Shown here: positions 11,503 to 21,677 of the stretch, piece after piece | How positions within the stretch are numbered: position 1 is the first letter of the stretch | How the letters are laid out: every line of letters starts with the position of its first letter | DNA from: a virus | IMG/VR virus record: IMGVR_UViG_3300021376_004065 | Direction: 5' to 3' (one strand) | DNA length: 37,060 nt | Position numbers and translations under genes: made by a program | Notes under the pieces: model-generated | What the model was told of the DNA's origin: nothing | The model's input: the letters and a program-made list of their open reading frames with translations, nothing else | Databases searched by the model: none

Positions 11503-12786
11503 TTAGGCTAAGTTTACTGACAAACGCACTTCGATGCTCTTCAGCTCGAATGCGGGTGTTACCACGAGGTCGATGATCGCCTTGTTTTGATTAGGAATGT
11601 ACGAGACCGCAAAGTCCGCATCCAGCAAGGCACCTAATTGCATCATACCACGTAGAGCTGAGGTTACGGCTGTTTCCATAGAATTTCTTACCTGTATGGT
11701 AGAAGCCTCACCTACGAATTTTTGACATACCTGACGAATAAGGAGTGAGCATTCGGAAATTACTCTCATCGTTGATATTCTAGTATAGTCAGACGATGAA
11801 GCTGCGAATGTTAGTCCTTCTGCGTATATTGGAACTCTGTTGAAATTCAATATAACAGAGTTTACACCCACGTCAGAGAGAGATGTTTGAAGTGCATTTG
11901 TTGGGTTGTATCTAATTGCAGATACGTTATACAGCACCTTGTTTGAAGGTGAAGTGTAAGACGCAAGTCTGCTTAAAGAACCAGCCAATGATGCGGCTCC
12001 GTTGGCATAGCCATATGCCTCCTTATATCCCACTGGAACAATTTCTGCAGCTATTACGAGCAGGTGTCTTCCGGCTTCAGCTAAACGAGTATAAATCGTT
12101 TCGCCAGCGGAGTTTGTTACTGCGGTATTAACGTCAGAGTTTCTGTTCACCAACGTTGACAGAGCCAGATGGGTACTAACAACAGATGGCGTCATTGTTT
12201 TTGTGCCGCCAGTATAGGGCTTAACTCCCATTATTGCAATGCACGGGTGTGATCTTTCGGATATTTCTTTTGCTTTTATCGCAACTTTTGTTGCCATTGA
12301 TTTTGTTATTGTTGTACAATCATTAGCATAAAAGCCAAGAGAATTATCATTAGTGCTTGGCGTTGCTGACCAATTTGTTGGGTGTCCACCTGCTCCCCAT
12401 GCTACAATTACGTCCGGAAGCGTTGCTTCTGCCGCTTCGAATGCCGCATCAAAAATGCTAGCAGACGAGCTTGTTATATCAGCTTCTACAGAAGACGTTC
12501 CTCTTACAAAGGTAGCATTGGACGGAAGTGGAACGCAATAAATTCTTTCTGCGCCTGAGCTCACAAGCTCTAAGTATCCACGATGTAAGTCTGAATCTTC
12601 TCCAAATGCGGAAATTACGTCAGCTTCATTGGTAACTTGAACCGCATCTAAATCAGGAACGTTCCCTGTATTGTTTGCCGTACTTCTTCTTGCAATTATA
12701 GTAACTCTCGGACCAACTGGAAGGTCTTGACGAGAAATGCTGTAAAAGCGATCTTTAATTATTGTTTTTACACCTGGAATAGCCAT
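11503..12786 (-). CDS. Tail sheath protein
   Basis: N-terminal MAIPGVKT and sheath-type C-terminus (DYTRISTMRV...FVGE...LRGMMQLGALLD...IDLVVTPAFELKSIEV); GGAGG SD. Confidence 0.8.
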   Translation of the reverse strand: MAIPGVKTIIKDRFYSISRQDLPVGPRVTIIARRSTANNTGNVPDLDAVQVTNEADVISAFGEDSDLHRGYLELVSSGAERIYCVPLPSNATFVRGTSSVEADITSSSASIFDAAFEAAEATLPDVIVAWGAGGHPTNWSATPSTNDNSLGFYANDCTTITKSMATKVAIKAKEISERSHPCIAIMGVKPYTGGTKTMTPSVVSTHLALSTLVNRNSDVNTAVTNSAGETIYTRLAEAGRHLLVIAAEIVPVGYKEAYGYANGAASLAGSLSRLASYTSPSNKVLYNVSAIRYNPTNALQTSLSDVGVNSVILNFNRVPIYAEGLTFAASSSDYTRISTMRVISECSLLIRQVCQKFVGEASTIQVRNSMETAVTSALRGMMQLGALLDADFAVSYIPNQNKAIIDLVVTPAFELKSIEVRLSVNLA

Positions 12787-12865
12787 TTAGTGTTAACCTC
12801 CAAAATCGGTACTCTTTTTAAACTCGTACAATATAGTAACAAGTTAGTTATAAAAACAAACTAAC

Positions 12866-13591
12866 TTAATAAGAAGGTGTAGCTGTTTGATATAGGTCAA
12901 CTATGTTTACGGGAATATTAACATAATTTGGAGTAGCTTTAATTCTTGGCTCTGTAGCCATATATGTTCTTAAGTCTATCAATATCTGTTCTATTCTTGA
13001 TATACTTGTAGAAACTAGCTTTTCAGTTGTTAACATATAAGTTACAGTTCTTTTACATACGTCAATTCCATTTCTTGAAATTTTTGAATCTGACATTCTT
13101 CTAGAATACACCAGCTCAGAAGCCCCAAGTCTTTTAAAAACGGGAATGTGTTCCATCATAAAGTCTTCAAATAATTCAATAATTTTATCAGCCACTTCAG
13201 CACCGTAGTACCCGGGCTCTTCGTCGTCTGGAAGGTCTGCAGATGTAGCCCTTGTGTGAACGTTAAACGAAATAATATTTTGAAATCTTTGTCCAAAAAT
13301 TATTTCATTAACGTCCTTAGGAAGGTGTCTAGTTCTCGGCTTTGGCTCTGAAGTATGTGCTTTTTTTAGTTCTAAATTATAGGTTATTACGGGGTACCTA
13401 GCGTCTTGTCCACCGCTATCTGGCTCAATTGCTATGTTTGGATAAGCGTTTTCCCAAAGCGCCTTTACTGTTGCCATAAATTCAATATATGTTAAATTTC
13501 CAGCTGCCTGAAGCGGATCTCCCGAATAGCTTCTTCCCGTTAAAATATCATTTTGATTAATTCCTGGTATACCAAATGCATTTTGTGGCAT
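12866..13591 (-). CDS. Putative tail terminator/neck protein
   Basis: Position upstream of the sheath gene, YPVITY motif, size 241 aa; function inferred mainly from synteny. Confidence 0.4.
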   Translation of the reverse strand: MPQNAFGIPGINQNDILTGRSYSGDPLQAAGNLTYIEFMATVKALWENAYPNIAIEPDSGGQDARYPVITYNLELKKAHTSEPKPRTRHLPKDVNEIIFGQRFQNIISFNVHTRATSADLPDDEEPGYYGAEVADKIIELFEDFMMEHIPVFKRLGASELVYSRRMSDSKISRNGIDVCKRTVTYMLTTEKLVSTSISRIEQILIDLRTYMATEPRIKATPNYVNIPVNIVDLYQTATPSY

Positions 13592-13593
13592 GA

Positions 13594-15579
13594 CTAGACT
13601 CCTGGTCCGGCAAGGATGTTTAAACTAATCTTTTTAATGGCATGTGAGCTTATTAAATCTATTTCCACATAGACCTTGCCTCTTTGTTGTTTGTCTGCGT
13701 ACATTTCAAATCTGTAATCTCTTAGTATAGATGGAGTTGATATTTTAAGGGAATTTAACATTTGTTGAATTTTTTCTTTTATTATATCATACGAAAATTT
13801 ACCAGTGGCCGAATCACATATTGCATTTATCTCATTGGTAATCATAGCTGCTAATCTAACTTGAGGTATATTGGACATGCTTGAACCGTTTGATGCCAAT
13901 GTTCTATCGTCTGACAATAAAACTTGATAAGGTACATTTCTTCTAGATCTACCGCTTTTAATTAAAGTATTAATTTTATTATTATGAATTTTTGCTATTT
14001 GCAAAGAAGAAAAACTAACACCATGCGGAGAATATGCTCCAATAAGTCTTTTCCTATTTAACCCCTTGTATACCGGAGTCTCAGAAAGTTGACCAGCAAC
14101 AGACGACGCCACACTGGAAGAATAAGATAGGCCGATTAAAGGATAATTGTATACAGCCTCTCCATAAAACAGCATTATGTGTCTGCCGGCATCGAGCGTA
14201 TTACCGTCTGTTTCATCTTTATAATTTGGAGTATTTTGATTTGAGTCTAGTAAAAAGTTTTTATAATAATTTGAGGCGGACATTGTCTCTGCGTCTTCGT
14301 TATTCATTCCGCCAGTTCTTGAGCCTATTATTCCTATGACTATAGTTGACGAATTTTTATAAATATACTCACAAAAATCAGACAATTGCCTAACAAAATT
14401 TACATTTCCACATCTTATAAAAGAAGCGTCTACTGGAACAACAATATCAATAAAATCAAATTCTTTTGCAGTATCATATGATTTTTTTAATCTTTCATAA
14501 TATTTTTCATAAAAAGTTAAAGTAGTTGGAGTAGCAGAATTTTCGCTTAAGAATCCAGCAATTGGTGAATTTAGTTCTTGAGAGTTTTCAACATATTCTG
14601 ACATCGGTGCTGCAATCATTATGTATATATCCTTGCATCCAGCTGAATTGCAGTTTATAACAGCCTTCAACAAAGGACTCTCTTTGTTGCCACCTAAAAG
14701 ATCCATTGCCTCTTTTATCGAAGATATTCTTTTGAGTTCGTTTAGTTCTAAATATGCAGAATCTGCGTGACCTATTAGTAGAACAGAATTTGTTTTAAAT
14801 GGTTCTAATGTTTTGAATATTGCATTTACCTGACTAGAAACTGAAAGCGAAGGATTACTATCAACTACAACTGGAGAATTCGATTTATGTCTTAATAATC
14901 TGCCAGTAGGAATTAGGACCGTTAGGGGCATGTCGTCTGCCAAAACTTCAATCGTAAAACTCTTTGAAGATTTTATATTTTTTATTTCGTAAACTCCATC
15001 TATAGATGAGTCAACTTCGCTAAGAGTAATAACCTCCCCTGAACTTAAGTTATTGTTGTCTACTGTTGTTAGTGTGCATGTGTTATTTTCTATTTGTTTA
15101 TATTCTATATAAATTGGCTTTTGATTATTTCTTGAAACAATTTGAAAATATAATTCTCTTACTTCCCTAACACCGTTAACTAGGGCATTTAGTATTACTG
15201 TGTATTTTCCGTCAAAAATATTTTCTGGAATCTTGTAAACAAAATTGTATATACCCTTACTTTCTCTCTTTATATAGTTGTTTGATAAAATTTGTTTTAG
15301 AACAGAGTTACTATTTATTTGCTGAATAATACTAACTGCATAATCTGGAGTCGCTGATTGAGCCCCATATGAATATGGACCACTAATTATTGGGCCGTTT
15401 CCAGCGTGACCTCTAACAACAGAGACTGTTATATCAGAAACACCAAGGCCATAATAGGGAGTTGCGCTAGTATTTATTGATTCCCAATTTGGATATATTT
15501 TTACTGGATCATAAAAATATCCATCTAAATTGAATATAAACTTAAAAGTTACAACATCTCCACTGCTATATATAGACAT
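13594..15579 (-). CDS. Second sheath-like protein with N-terminal beta-rich extension
   Basis: C-terminal half resembles the sheath (SVAGQLS...NIPQVRLA...GKVYVEIDLISSHAIKKISLNI); N-terminal ~250 aa are Ig-like and beta-rich. Confidence 0.6.
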   Translation of the reverse strand: MSIYSSGDVVTFKFIFNLDGYFYDPVKIYPNWESINTSATPYYGLGVSDITVSVVRGHAGNGPIISGPYSYGAQSATPDYAVSIIQQINSNSVLKQILSNNYIKRESKGIYNFVYKIPENIFDGKYTVILNALVNGVREVRELYFQIVSRNNQKPIYIEYKQIENNTCTLTTVDNNNLSSGEVITLSEVDSSIDGVYEIKNIKSSKSFTIEVLADDMPLTVLIPTGRLLRHKSNSPVVVDSNPSLSVSSQVNAIFKTLEPFKTNSVLLIGHADSAYLELNELKRISSIKEAMDLLGGNKESPLLKAVINCNSAGCKDIYIMIAAPMSEYVENSQELNSPIAGFLSENSATPTTLTFYEKYYERLKKSYDTAKEFDFIDIVVPVDASFIRCGNVNFVRQLSDFCEYIYKNSSTIVIGIIGSRTGGMNNEDAETMSASNYYKNFLLDSNQNTPNYKDETDGNTLDAGRHIMLFYGEAVYNYPLIGLSYSSSVASSVAGQLSETPVYKGLNRKRLIGAYSPHGVSFSSLQIAKIHNNKINTLIKSGRSRRNVPYQVLLSDDRTLASNGSSMSNIPQVRLAAMITNEINAICDSATGKFSYDIIKEKIQQMLNSLKISTPSILRDYRFEMYADKQQRGKVYVEIDLISSHAIKKISLNILAGPGV

Positions 15580-15582
15580 ATA

Positions 15583-15960
15583 TTAAACTGGCTTTTCTCT
15601 AGTCGCTCCTGCAACCCAGTACTCTATTTTTCCAAACTTACCCCTCATCGGAATGGCGTAGTCTACTCTGTAAACGGAATCTGGCTGCGGATGAGATTTT
15701 ATATTTTCGTATATTCTATCGCCTTGTCGTGGATTTACTGAACAGTCAAAATAGTATAACATTTCTGCACTGTCGACTATCGTACCCTCTGATACTTCTT
15801 TTGTTAGATTTACTAAAACTGAATTTGCTGGATACATATGTCTAGTTGTAATTCTTTCAAATTTAGAAGAATAATTACGATCATCTAACTTTCTCTGATA
15901 CAGTATGTCGTGACCCCATTTTCTTAATATCTCTTTAAATGTTCTATTTAAATTAGTCAT
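15583..15960 (-). CDS. Putative head-closure/head-tail joining protein
   Basis: 125 aa with a PRQGDRI motif typical of stopper-type beta proteins; neck-region synteny. Confidence 0.45.
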   Translation of the reverse strand: MTNLNRTFKEILRKWGHDILYQRKLDDRNYSSKFERITTRHMYPANSVLVNLTKEVSEGTIVDSAEMLYYFDCSVNPRQGDRIYENIKSHPQPDSVYRVDYAIPMRGKFGKIEYWVAGATREKPV

Positions 15961-16855
15961 GACTTCTTAATCCTCTTTTTGGCATGGGGTCATCTACTCT
16001 AGAGTTTTTTCTTCCGGGACCCAACAAATCTCTGTTGCTTAAATGAACAACTAAACCGGTTTCTGGATCTATTGATTTACCAGTAGTTGGCACATAGTCT
16101 GTTGGCAGCCCTTTTGGCTGAACGCCCTTCATCGAAACTTTTGCTGAAAGAACTTCTCTTCTAAGGGCAGCCGCTAACTGACACCATGTTGTTGCATTGC
16201 CTCTGTTAACTCCAATTCTTGGAAGCGATCTATTTGTTACAGATAAATCACCAAGCTTAACAGACAGCTCATCTTCACCTCCGTATCCATATGTCCTACT
16301 TAATTCGCACGCTGCTGCTGCTTTAATGTATTCTAAAACTGTTGAACCCAATTGCGGATTTAAGTCAGAAGAATCAGGTATTGAATACAGTTGTTTAATT
16401 TCTAAAGAATAATGATGTATTAGCTCACCAGCTTCGACTAAGGTTGAATCAGGAAAAAATGCAAGTAGCTCCTCCGGATCTAAATACAATGGAGATACGT
16501 CTGAAGCAAAGATGACAACTTCGTCAGAACCAAGGGTAACAGAAGGTTTAAACTCTGAGGTTGGAGTACTAACATATATTTGTTGATTAACTGTTATGTA
16601 CGTTCCCGTACTAAGAACTCCAACAAAACTTATAGAAAATTCACCAGCTTCAGTAAAAATGTAATCGTAATAATATTCAGATCCTGATATTTGATTTGCA
16701 TTTGAGGATAAGACAACAACTCCCAATGAGTTTTTTATGGTCAAATTTACCGAAGCAGGTGTAACCAATGTTTGATTGTTTGTTACTGGATCAATATCTA
16801 AAAACTTAACTTTAAGACGAATTTGATCATTTACCAAAACTGGATTTGTAGTCAT
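15953..16855 (-). CDS. Putative head-tail adaptor with N-terminal Ig-like domain
   Basis: N-terminal beta domain (GSEYYYDYIFTEAGEF); C-terminal helical part with SVKLGDLSV, as in adaptor proteins. Confidence 0.45.
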   Translation of the reverse strand: MTTNPVLVNDQIRLKVKFLDIDPVTNNQTLVTPASVNLTIKNSLGVVVLSSNANQISGSEYYYDYIFTEAGEFSISFVGVLSTGTYITVNQQIYVSTPTSEFKPSVTLGSDEVVIFASDVSPLYLDPEELLAFFPDSTLVEAGELIHHYSLEIKQLYSIPDSSDLNPQLGSTVLEYIKAAAACELSRTYGYGGEDELSVKLGDLSVTNRSLPRIGVNRGNATTWCQLAAALRREVLSAKVSMKGVQPKGLPTDYVPTTGKSIDPETGLVVHLSNRDLLGPGRKNSRVDDPMPKRGLRSHD

Positions 16856-16907
16856 TTTTCCTCTTTTGTATTAAATAGTACTGTTTTCAGCGGAACTATA
16901 ATTGTAT

Positions 16908-17201
16908 TTATGTTTCTGAATACTCAAAAAATACATCGATGTCCCTATCTGATACTTCTATTTGCAGTTCTCCATTAGCAGAATAGTCATAATTGGTAAT
17001 CTCTATTATTGCAGTGGGAGCATAGTCGTAACTAGCCACCCCAATTATCGTTGCAGTGCTATAGTCTTCGCTTTCATTAAGAATTAAAGTGATATTATTA
17101 ATTATTAAAGGAATAACTAAAGATGGAGCTCTAACTATAATTGTACCGAAATAGGTAAAATTATGATAATCGTACGTTGTATTTTGATTATAAATAATCA
17201 T
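16908..17201 (-). CDS. Hypothetical protein, possibly structural
   Basis: 97-aa ORF in operon orientation with an AGGA SD and the upstream TACTAT motif. Confidence 0.5.
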   Translation of the reverse strand: MIIYNQNTTYDYHNFTYFGTIIVRAPSLVIPLIINNITLILNESEDYSTATIIGVASYDYAPTAIIEITNYDYSANGELQIEVSDRDIDVFFEYSET

Positions 17202-17261
17202 AAAAAGTTCCTGTTTTAATTTAAATAGTACTTATATTTTTGAATGTATTGAGTTTTTATA

Positions 17262-18035
17262 TTATTTATTTCTAGCTTTAATCGAATCACTTATTAGGTT
17301 GGGCATGTACTTTAGGTCATCGCCTGGGGAGTTTTTGGGTATTCCATATGCAAAAAATTCTAGATATACATATCTTTCTCCAGCAGTAACTGGGGTTACC
17401 TCATGCGTGCCCATGTAACTAGATGGGTAGAAAACTGCGCCTCCTGATTTTGGCTTATAGTCAATTCCTGCATATTTAAATTTTATATGTCCACCCACAA
17501 AATTATCTCCATTTAATTGATCTTCTTCGTCCACGCAGTCGTTAAAGTATAGGGCGCAACTTATTGTGTTATGAATTGGAAATTCATTTTTTGGAGGTCC
17601 GTCAAACTCAAATTGAATTTGATCATCACAGTGAGGGCCTATCCATTTTCCATTGCTGTATCCAGCTATATGTGCTGACCCTCTCCACCATATAGTTGTT
17701 GCAGCTTCCGGATAAAGTACGCAGTATTCCACTAGGCAGTCGTATAGCCTGGATTCACATTTTTCAATAAAACGTACAATTTCTTCTGACGGAGTTCTAT
17801 TTGAGCCTTTTCCAAAAAGGTCTACAAATCTCTCTGGTGCTTCTGGTACGTGGTCTACTTCAAATTTAAATCCAGTTTTATTGATTGCGTACCTCTTACC
17901 ATTTTCTTCTAAATAAGTAAAAGTTTGTTCGTCTGACTCTTTCAGCCATGATATATAACTTTTTAGAAAATTATGATCAATATCAATTACATTATCAAAG
18001 GAAACTATTCCACCGCCTAAGTTGTTACATTTCAT
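17262..18035 (-). CDS. 2OG-Fe(II) oxygenase, prolyl 4-hydroxylase-like (1)
   Basis: HxD (PHCDD), GG..F, distal His (THEV) and GERY. Confidence 0.85.
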   Translation of the reverse strand: MKCNNLGGGIVSFDNVIDIDHNFLKSYISWLKESDEQTFTYLEENGKRYAINKTGFKFEVDHVPEAPERFVDLFGKGSNRTPSEEIVRFIEKCESRLYDCLVEYCVLYPEAATTIWWRGSAHIAGYSNGKWIGPHCDDQIQFEFDGPPKNEFPIHNTISCALYFNDCVDEEDQLNGDNFVGGHIKFKYAGIDYKPKSGGAVFYPSSYMGTHEVTPVTAGERYVYLEFFAYGIPKNSPGDDLKYMPNLISDSIKARNK

Positions 18036-18757
18036 TTTAACTCCAAACTTAAATCATATAATTTATTATACAGTTTATTTGCTTTTTTCATTTTCTTTTT
18101 GAACTTTTTATTTTTTAACCTACTTAAAACTTCATTTGATTTAGTGCTATCAATTTTAGAAATATTATTTGATTCATGTATTTTTATGTTATACATTTTT
18201 GAAAAATAATTCAAAAGTTTATTATGTTTTGCCCTTTTTTCTATTCTATCATTATGTAATTGAATTATGTCTTCAAATTTTATGATAGTTATATTTTTAT
18301 TATTTTTTAATACATACTTTGCGTAACGGTTATAAAAATTTATACTTTCAAATATGAGAGTATCTAAATGTTTTTTTTGATAATATTTTTCCTTGTATTC
18401 TAATCTTTTTTTATTAATTCTTATTTGATTAACAGCTGAACTTATCGTAGCGTATGGTTCTCTTACTGGAACAATAACAACCTTATTCTGCATAATAGCT
18501 TGCTCAAGTAAAACTATCCTGTGTGCCATTGGTGTAGACATTGATATATTTGAAAAAGATTCTAGAATTGCTTCTCGTAAAGAAGTATTACCCTGTCTAG
18601 GATATCCGTCTACAGTCATATCTACTATAGTTTCTGCATTTATTGATCTCCAATATTTATTAGTTTTTACAAATTCTAAATCTAAATTTTGATCTTCTTT
18701 CCATCTGTTTTTATGAAATACCCACATTCCAGCGTCTACGGGTCTAGTTAAATCCAT
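18032..18757 (-). CDS. Sulfotransferase-like (P-loop) protein
   Basis: DGYPRQGNTSLR resembles the PAPS 5'-PSB loop and VREPYATISS the 3'-PB motif. Start placed at ATG 18757 to avoid overlapping the upstream gene. Confidence 0.55.
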   Translation of the reverse strand: MDLTRPVDAGMWVFHKNRWKEDQNLDLEFVKTNKYWRSINAETIVDMTVDGYPRQGNTSLREAILESFSNISMSTPMAHRIVLLEQAIMQNKVVIVPVREPYATISSAVNQIRINKKRLEYKEKYYQKKHLDTLIFESINFYNRYAKYVLKNNKNITIIKFEDIIQLHNDRIEKRAKHNKLLNYFSKMYNIKIHESNNISKIDSTKSNEVLSRLKNKKFKKKMKKANKLYNKLYDLSLELK

Positions 18758-18776
18758 ATATTTTTTTTCAAAAAAA

Positions 18777-19658
18777 TTAGTAGTTTGATTTAGTAATCTG
18801 AAATTTATCTGATAATTCATGATACCCTTTGCTTATTAAATAATCCCTAAAGTCTTGAGCTAGATTTGGCATGTAGATATTGGTATCGTATTGTGCATTT
18901 TCTGGATCTTTTATTGGATCAGTAACACTTTCGTTAACAGCTGGATTCGGAGTACCTTGACTATACCAACCTAAATAAGAATATCTTTCACCTCCTGTAA
19001 CCATTTTAACTTCGTGTGCGCCCATGTAGTTGGATGGAAACAAAAGAAGATCACCCTTTTTGGGTTTATAAGTTATGTCAAAATAATTAAAATAATGTTC
19101 TCCGCCACTAAAATTTGTTCCATCTAACAAAGACTTATCTTCTACGTGATCATTTAAATAAAAAAGATTGGTAACCATACTTCTAAGGGCCAATTGATCT
19201 TTGGGTTCCCAAATACCATAAATATAATCCGCACTTACATCTGAGTGAGTCCCTAAATAAACACCTTCATTATACTTTAGAAAATGTCCTTTTACTTTCC
19301 ACCATATACATTTATATGCTAACGGAAATAGCTCCAAGTATTTTAATAGATATTTATCTTTTGTGTCTTCTACGAATTTCAAAAACTCCATAACTTTTGA
19401 ATCTTTTCTTTGATGAGTTGCTGAAGCTCTTTTTGGCATTTGGTTAATTGAGTTTTTTCCAAAAAAATATCCACTTTTATTTACATATATTTCTTCATTT
19501 GTTTCTGGATCTATTCCTGGCTTATACATTTCATTCCATTCATCTTGTATAAATTCATCAACAACCTTCCTTACCCAGTCCCATTCTAGTTCGATAGCAT
19601 TTTCAAACAAAACAATCCCACCACCCAAGTGTTGAGCTTTTGAATCAGTGTATCTCAT
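18777..19658 (-). CDS. 2OG-Fe(II) oxygenase (2)
   Basis: THSD, FSGGE, AHEV, GERY. Confidence 0.85.
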   Translation of the reverse strand: MRYTDSKAQHLGGGIVLFENAIELEWDWVRKVVDEFIQDEWNEMYKPGIDPETNEEIYVNKSGYFFGKNSINQMPKRASATHQRKDSKVMEFLKFVEDTKDKYLLKYLELFPLAYKCIWWKVKGHFLKYNEGVYLGTHSDVSADYIYGIWEPKDQLALRSMVTNLFYLNDHVEDKSLLDGTNFSGGEHYFNYFDITYKPKKGDLLLFPSNYMGAHEVKMVTGGERYSYLGWYSQGTPNPAVNESVTDPIKDPENAQYDTNIYMPNLAQDFRDYLISKGYHELSDKFQITKSNY

Positions 19659-20565
19659 TTTTATCTTTTTCCCTTTTTACTTCTTGTTGTGTATTATTGC
19701 TGGTACTTACTCTATTAGCTGCCCTTAGTAGTGTTGAAATTTTATCTTGATCATTTTTATATTTATTCATAACATTATTTGTATAGTCCTGAAAAACTTC
19801 AGGCATCCAAATCTGGCCACTATCTATTATATCGGATTTTTCTCTTATATTTATACCCCTTTTTTCGTCCGGAGATCCTTGAGCGTAATAACCAACATAT
19901 CCGTATCTGTAGCCCTGTATACATGGCCTTACTTCATGCGTAGCTAAATAGTTGGAAGGAAACATTATAAGATCACCAGATTTTGGGGCATATTCTACCT
20001 TGGCATAAGGGAAAACTATTTCTCCACCAGTATAACAATATGGATCATTTTTGTCTAACTCTTTTAAAGAATTATTCATGTATAGAATTGCTCCAACAAC
20101 ATTTCTTATAGCTAACTGTTGATCCGGTATTGCTCCTGGCTGATAATTTACATCGTTATCGCAATGTAGTCCAAAATCGCTTTTTGGAGAATAGGCAACG
20201 ACGTGCCCTTGAGTTCTCCACCATAAGCAGGGTAGAATCATTGGAAAAAATTCTATATATTCTAATAGACATTTATAGATTGTGTCTTCGCATCTTTTAA
20301 AAAAATTTATATATTTTTCTTCTTTATCTGGTGTAGCAAACTCCATTATATGCGAACATGATGTCTCTATGTCTTCAAGGATATATCTGTGACCAGATCT
20401 ATTAACTGCATGAGTTGGATTATTATCTTTATCGTAAATAATGGTAAAATCTTTTTTTAATGCTTCTTTTTTTAAATTAAATAAATATGGAATTATTAAG
20501 TTTTGATCTATATCTAAAGCGTTTTTGAATAAAATGATTCCAGTCCCTAGATCTATTGTTTTCAT
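19645..20565 (-). CDS. 2OG-Fe(II) oxygenase (3)
   Basis: LHCD, YTGGEIVF, THEV, GYRY. Confidence 0.85.
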   Translation of the reverse strand: MKTIDLGTGIILFKNALDIDQNLIIPYLFNLKKEALKKDFTIIYDKDNNPTHAVNRSGHRYILEDIETSCSHIMEFATPDKEEKYINFFKRCEDTIYKCLLEYIEFFPMILPCLWWRTQGHVVAYSPKSDFGLHCDNDVNYQPGAIPDQQLAIRNVVGAILYMNNSLKELDKNDPYCYTGGEIVFPYAKVEYAPKSGDLIMFPSNYLATHEVRPCIQGYRYGYVGYYAQGSPDEKRGINIREKSDIIDSGQIWMPEVFQDYTNNVMNKYKNDQDKISTLLRAANRVSTSNNTQQEVKREKDKNEIH

Positions 20566-20570
20566 ACTGT

Positions 20571-21677
20571 TTATTCAACTTTTTGTGGATCTGTGCCACA
20601 CGGTCCTTCTGGTAAATTTTCGGTTGTCTTTTTTTCGTCTTCTTCTAACTCTACTGCGTCATGGCTCTTGCCGTACTGAACAACGTTTCTTCCCTGATAT
20701 ACTGGATTCCATCCCGCTTCTAATTTATACTTCTCTGCGTGCGACCATCTTGAATACTCTGACTTGCAATAAGTTTCGTAATCATCATATATGTTATTAA
20801 ACCATACTGGTGGACACCATTCAAAACTTTCTTGGGGTTCAGATATAACTACATTTGTTTGTTGCTCTGAAGCACCTTGGCCAAAAAAGGTAAGATAAGA
20901 GTATCTTACGCCCTTGCCCATTTTTTCCACATCATGAGAAGCTACATAATTTGTTGGAAAAAATATTATGTCTCCCATTTTTGGTTTGTATGAAATATTT
21001 AGATGAACAAAACGAAGATTTCCACCAGTAAAATTTTGTCCATCTAACTGATCCTCTGAGTCAACACAGTCATTCAGATATATAAGAGCTCCACAGGTTT
21101 GCCTAGCGGCAACCATTCCTCTTGGCATGTATCTTACGCCTTGTGTTACTTTGTAGTTTGTGTCATTATCAGCGTGACAACCAAGTATTCCGCCATCGCC
21201 ATATCTAAGTATGTGCCCTCTGGTTTTCCACCATATTGAGCCTATCATTAAAGGATAATAATCTATATATTTTATTAAGCCTTTATATATTTGTTCTTCT
21301 AAATAGATAAACCAATTTTTTATTTCTTTATCTGTTTTTGGATTAACTGGATCAAGTATTCTTACTGGAGCACATGGTACGTCTTCTGGTCTGTATCTAA
21401 AACCATCCTCGTTAATTGCGTACTCTTCTCCCTCTTCTGTTTTTGTCCACTTCCATCTAGTTTTATTGGCTTCTTCCGCTCTGCTATCTATATGCTTTAA
21501 TATTAAATTTTTATCTATAGTAAAAACATTATGAATAACAACTATTCCAGGAGCTATTTCTTCGGATTCAAATGAGCCTATTTCCGTTCTCTCTTTTTCT
21601 CCTATTACTGGAGAAACCGGATACGGTTCTGAGTTTCTATTTGCCTCGTTGGGGGTTGACCAATCTTGATCTATCAT
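20571..21677 (-). CDS. 2OG-Fe(II) oxygenase (4)
   Basis: CHAD, FTGGNLRF, SHDV, GVRY. Confidence 0.85.
   Translation of the reverse strand: MIDQDWSTPNEANRNSEPYPVSPVIGEKERTEIGSFESEEIAPGIVVIHNVFTIDKNLILKHIDSRAEEANKTRWKWTKTEEGEEYAINEDGFRYRPEDVPCAPVRILDPVNPKTDKEIKNWFIYLEEQIYKGLIKYIDYYPLMIGSIWWKTRGHILRYGDGGILGCHADNDTNYKVTQGVRYMPRGMVAARQTCGALIYLNDCVDSEDQLDGQNFTGGNLRFVHLNISYKPKMGDIIFFPTNYVASHDVEKMGKGVRYSYLTFFGQGASEQQTNVVISEPQESFEWCPPVWFNNIYDDYETYCKSEYSRWSHAEKYKLEAGWNPVYQGRNVVQYGKSHDAVELEEDEKKTTENLPEGPCGTDPQKVE

Noticed and set aside
12841-12867. 9-bp inverted repeat AAGTTAGTT/AACTAACTT upstream of the sheath gene
   Set aside because: AT-rich weak stem without a clear U-tract; cannot be supported as a terminator or operator.
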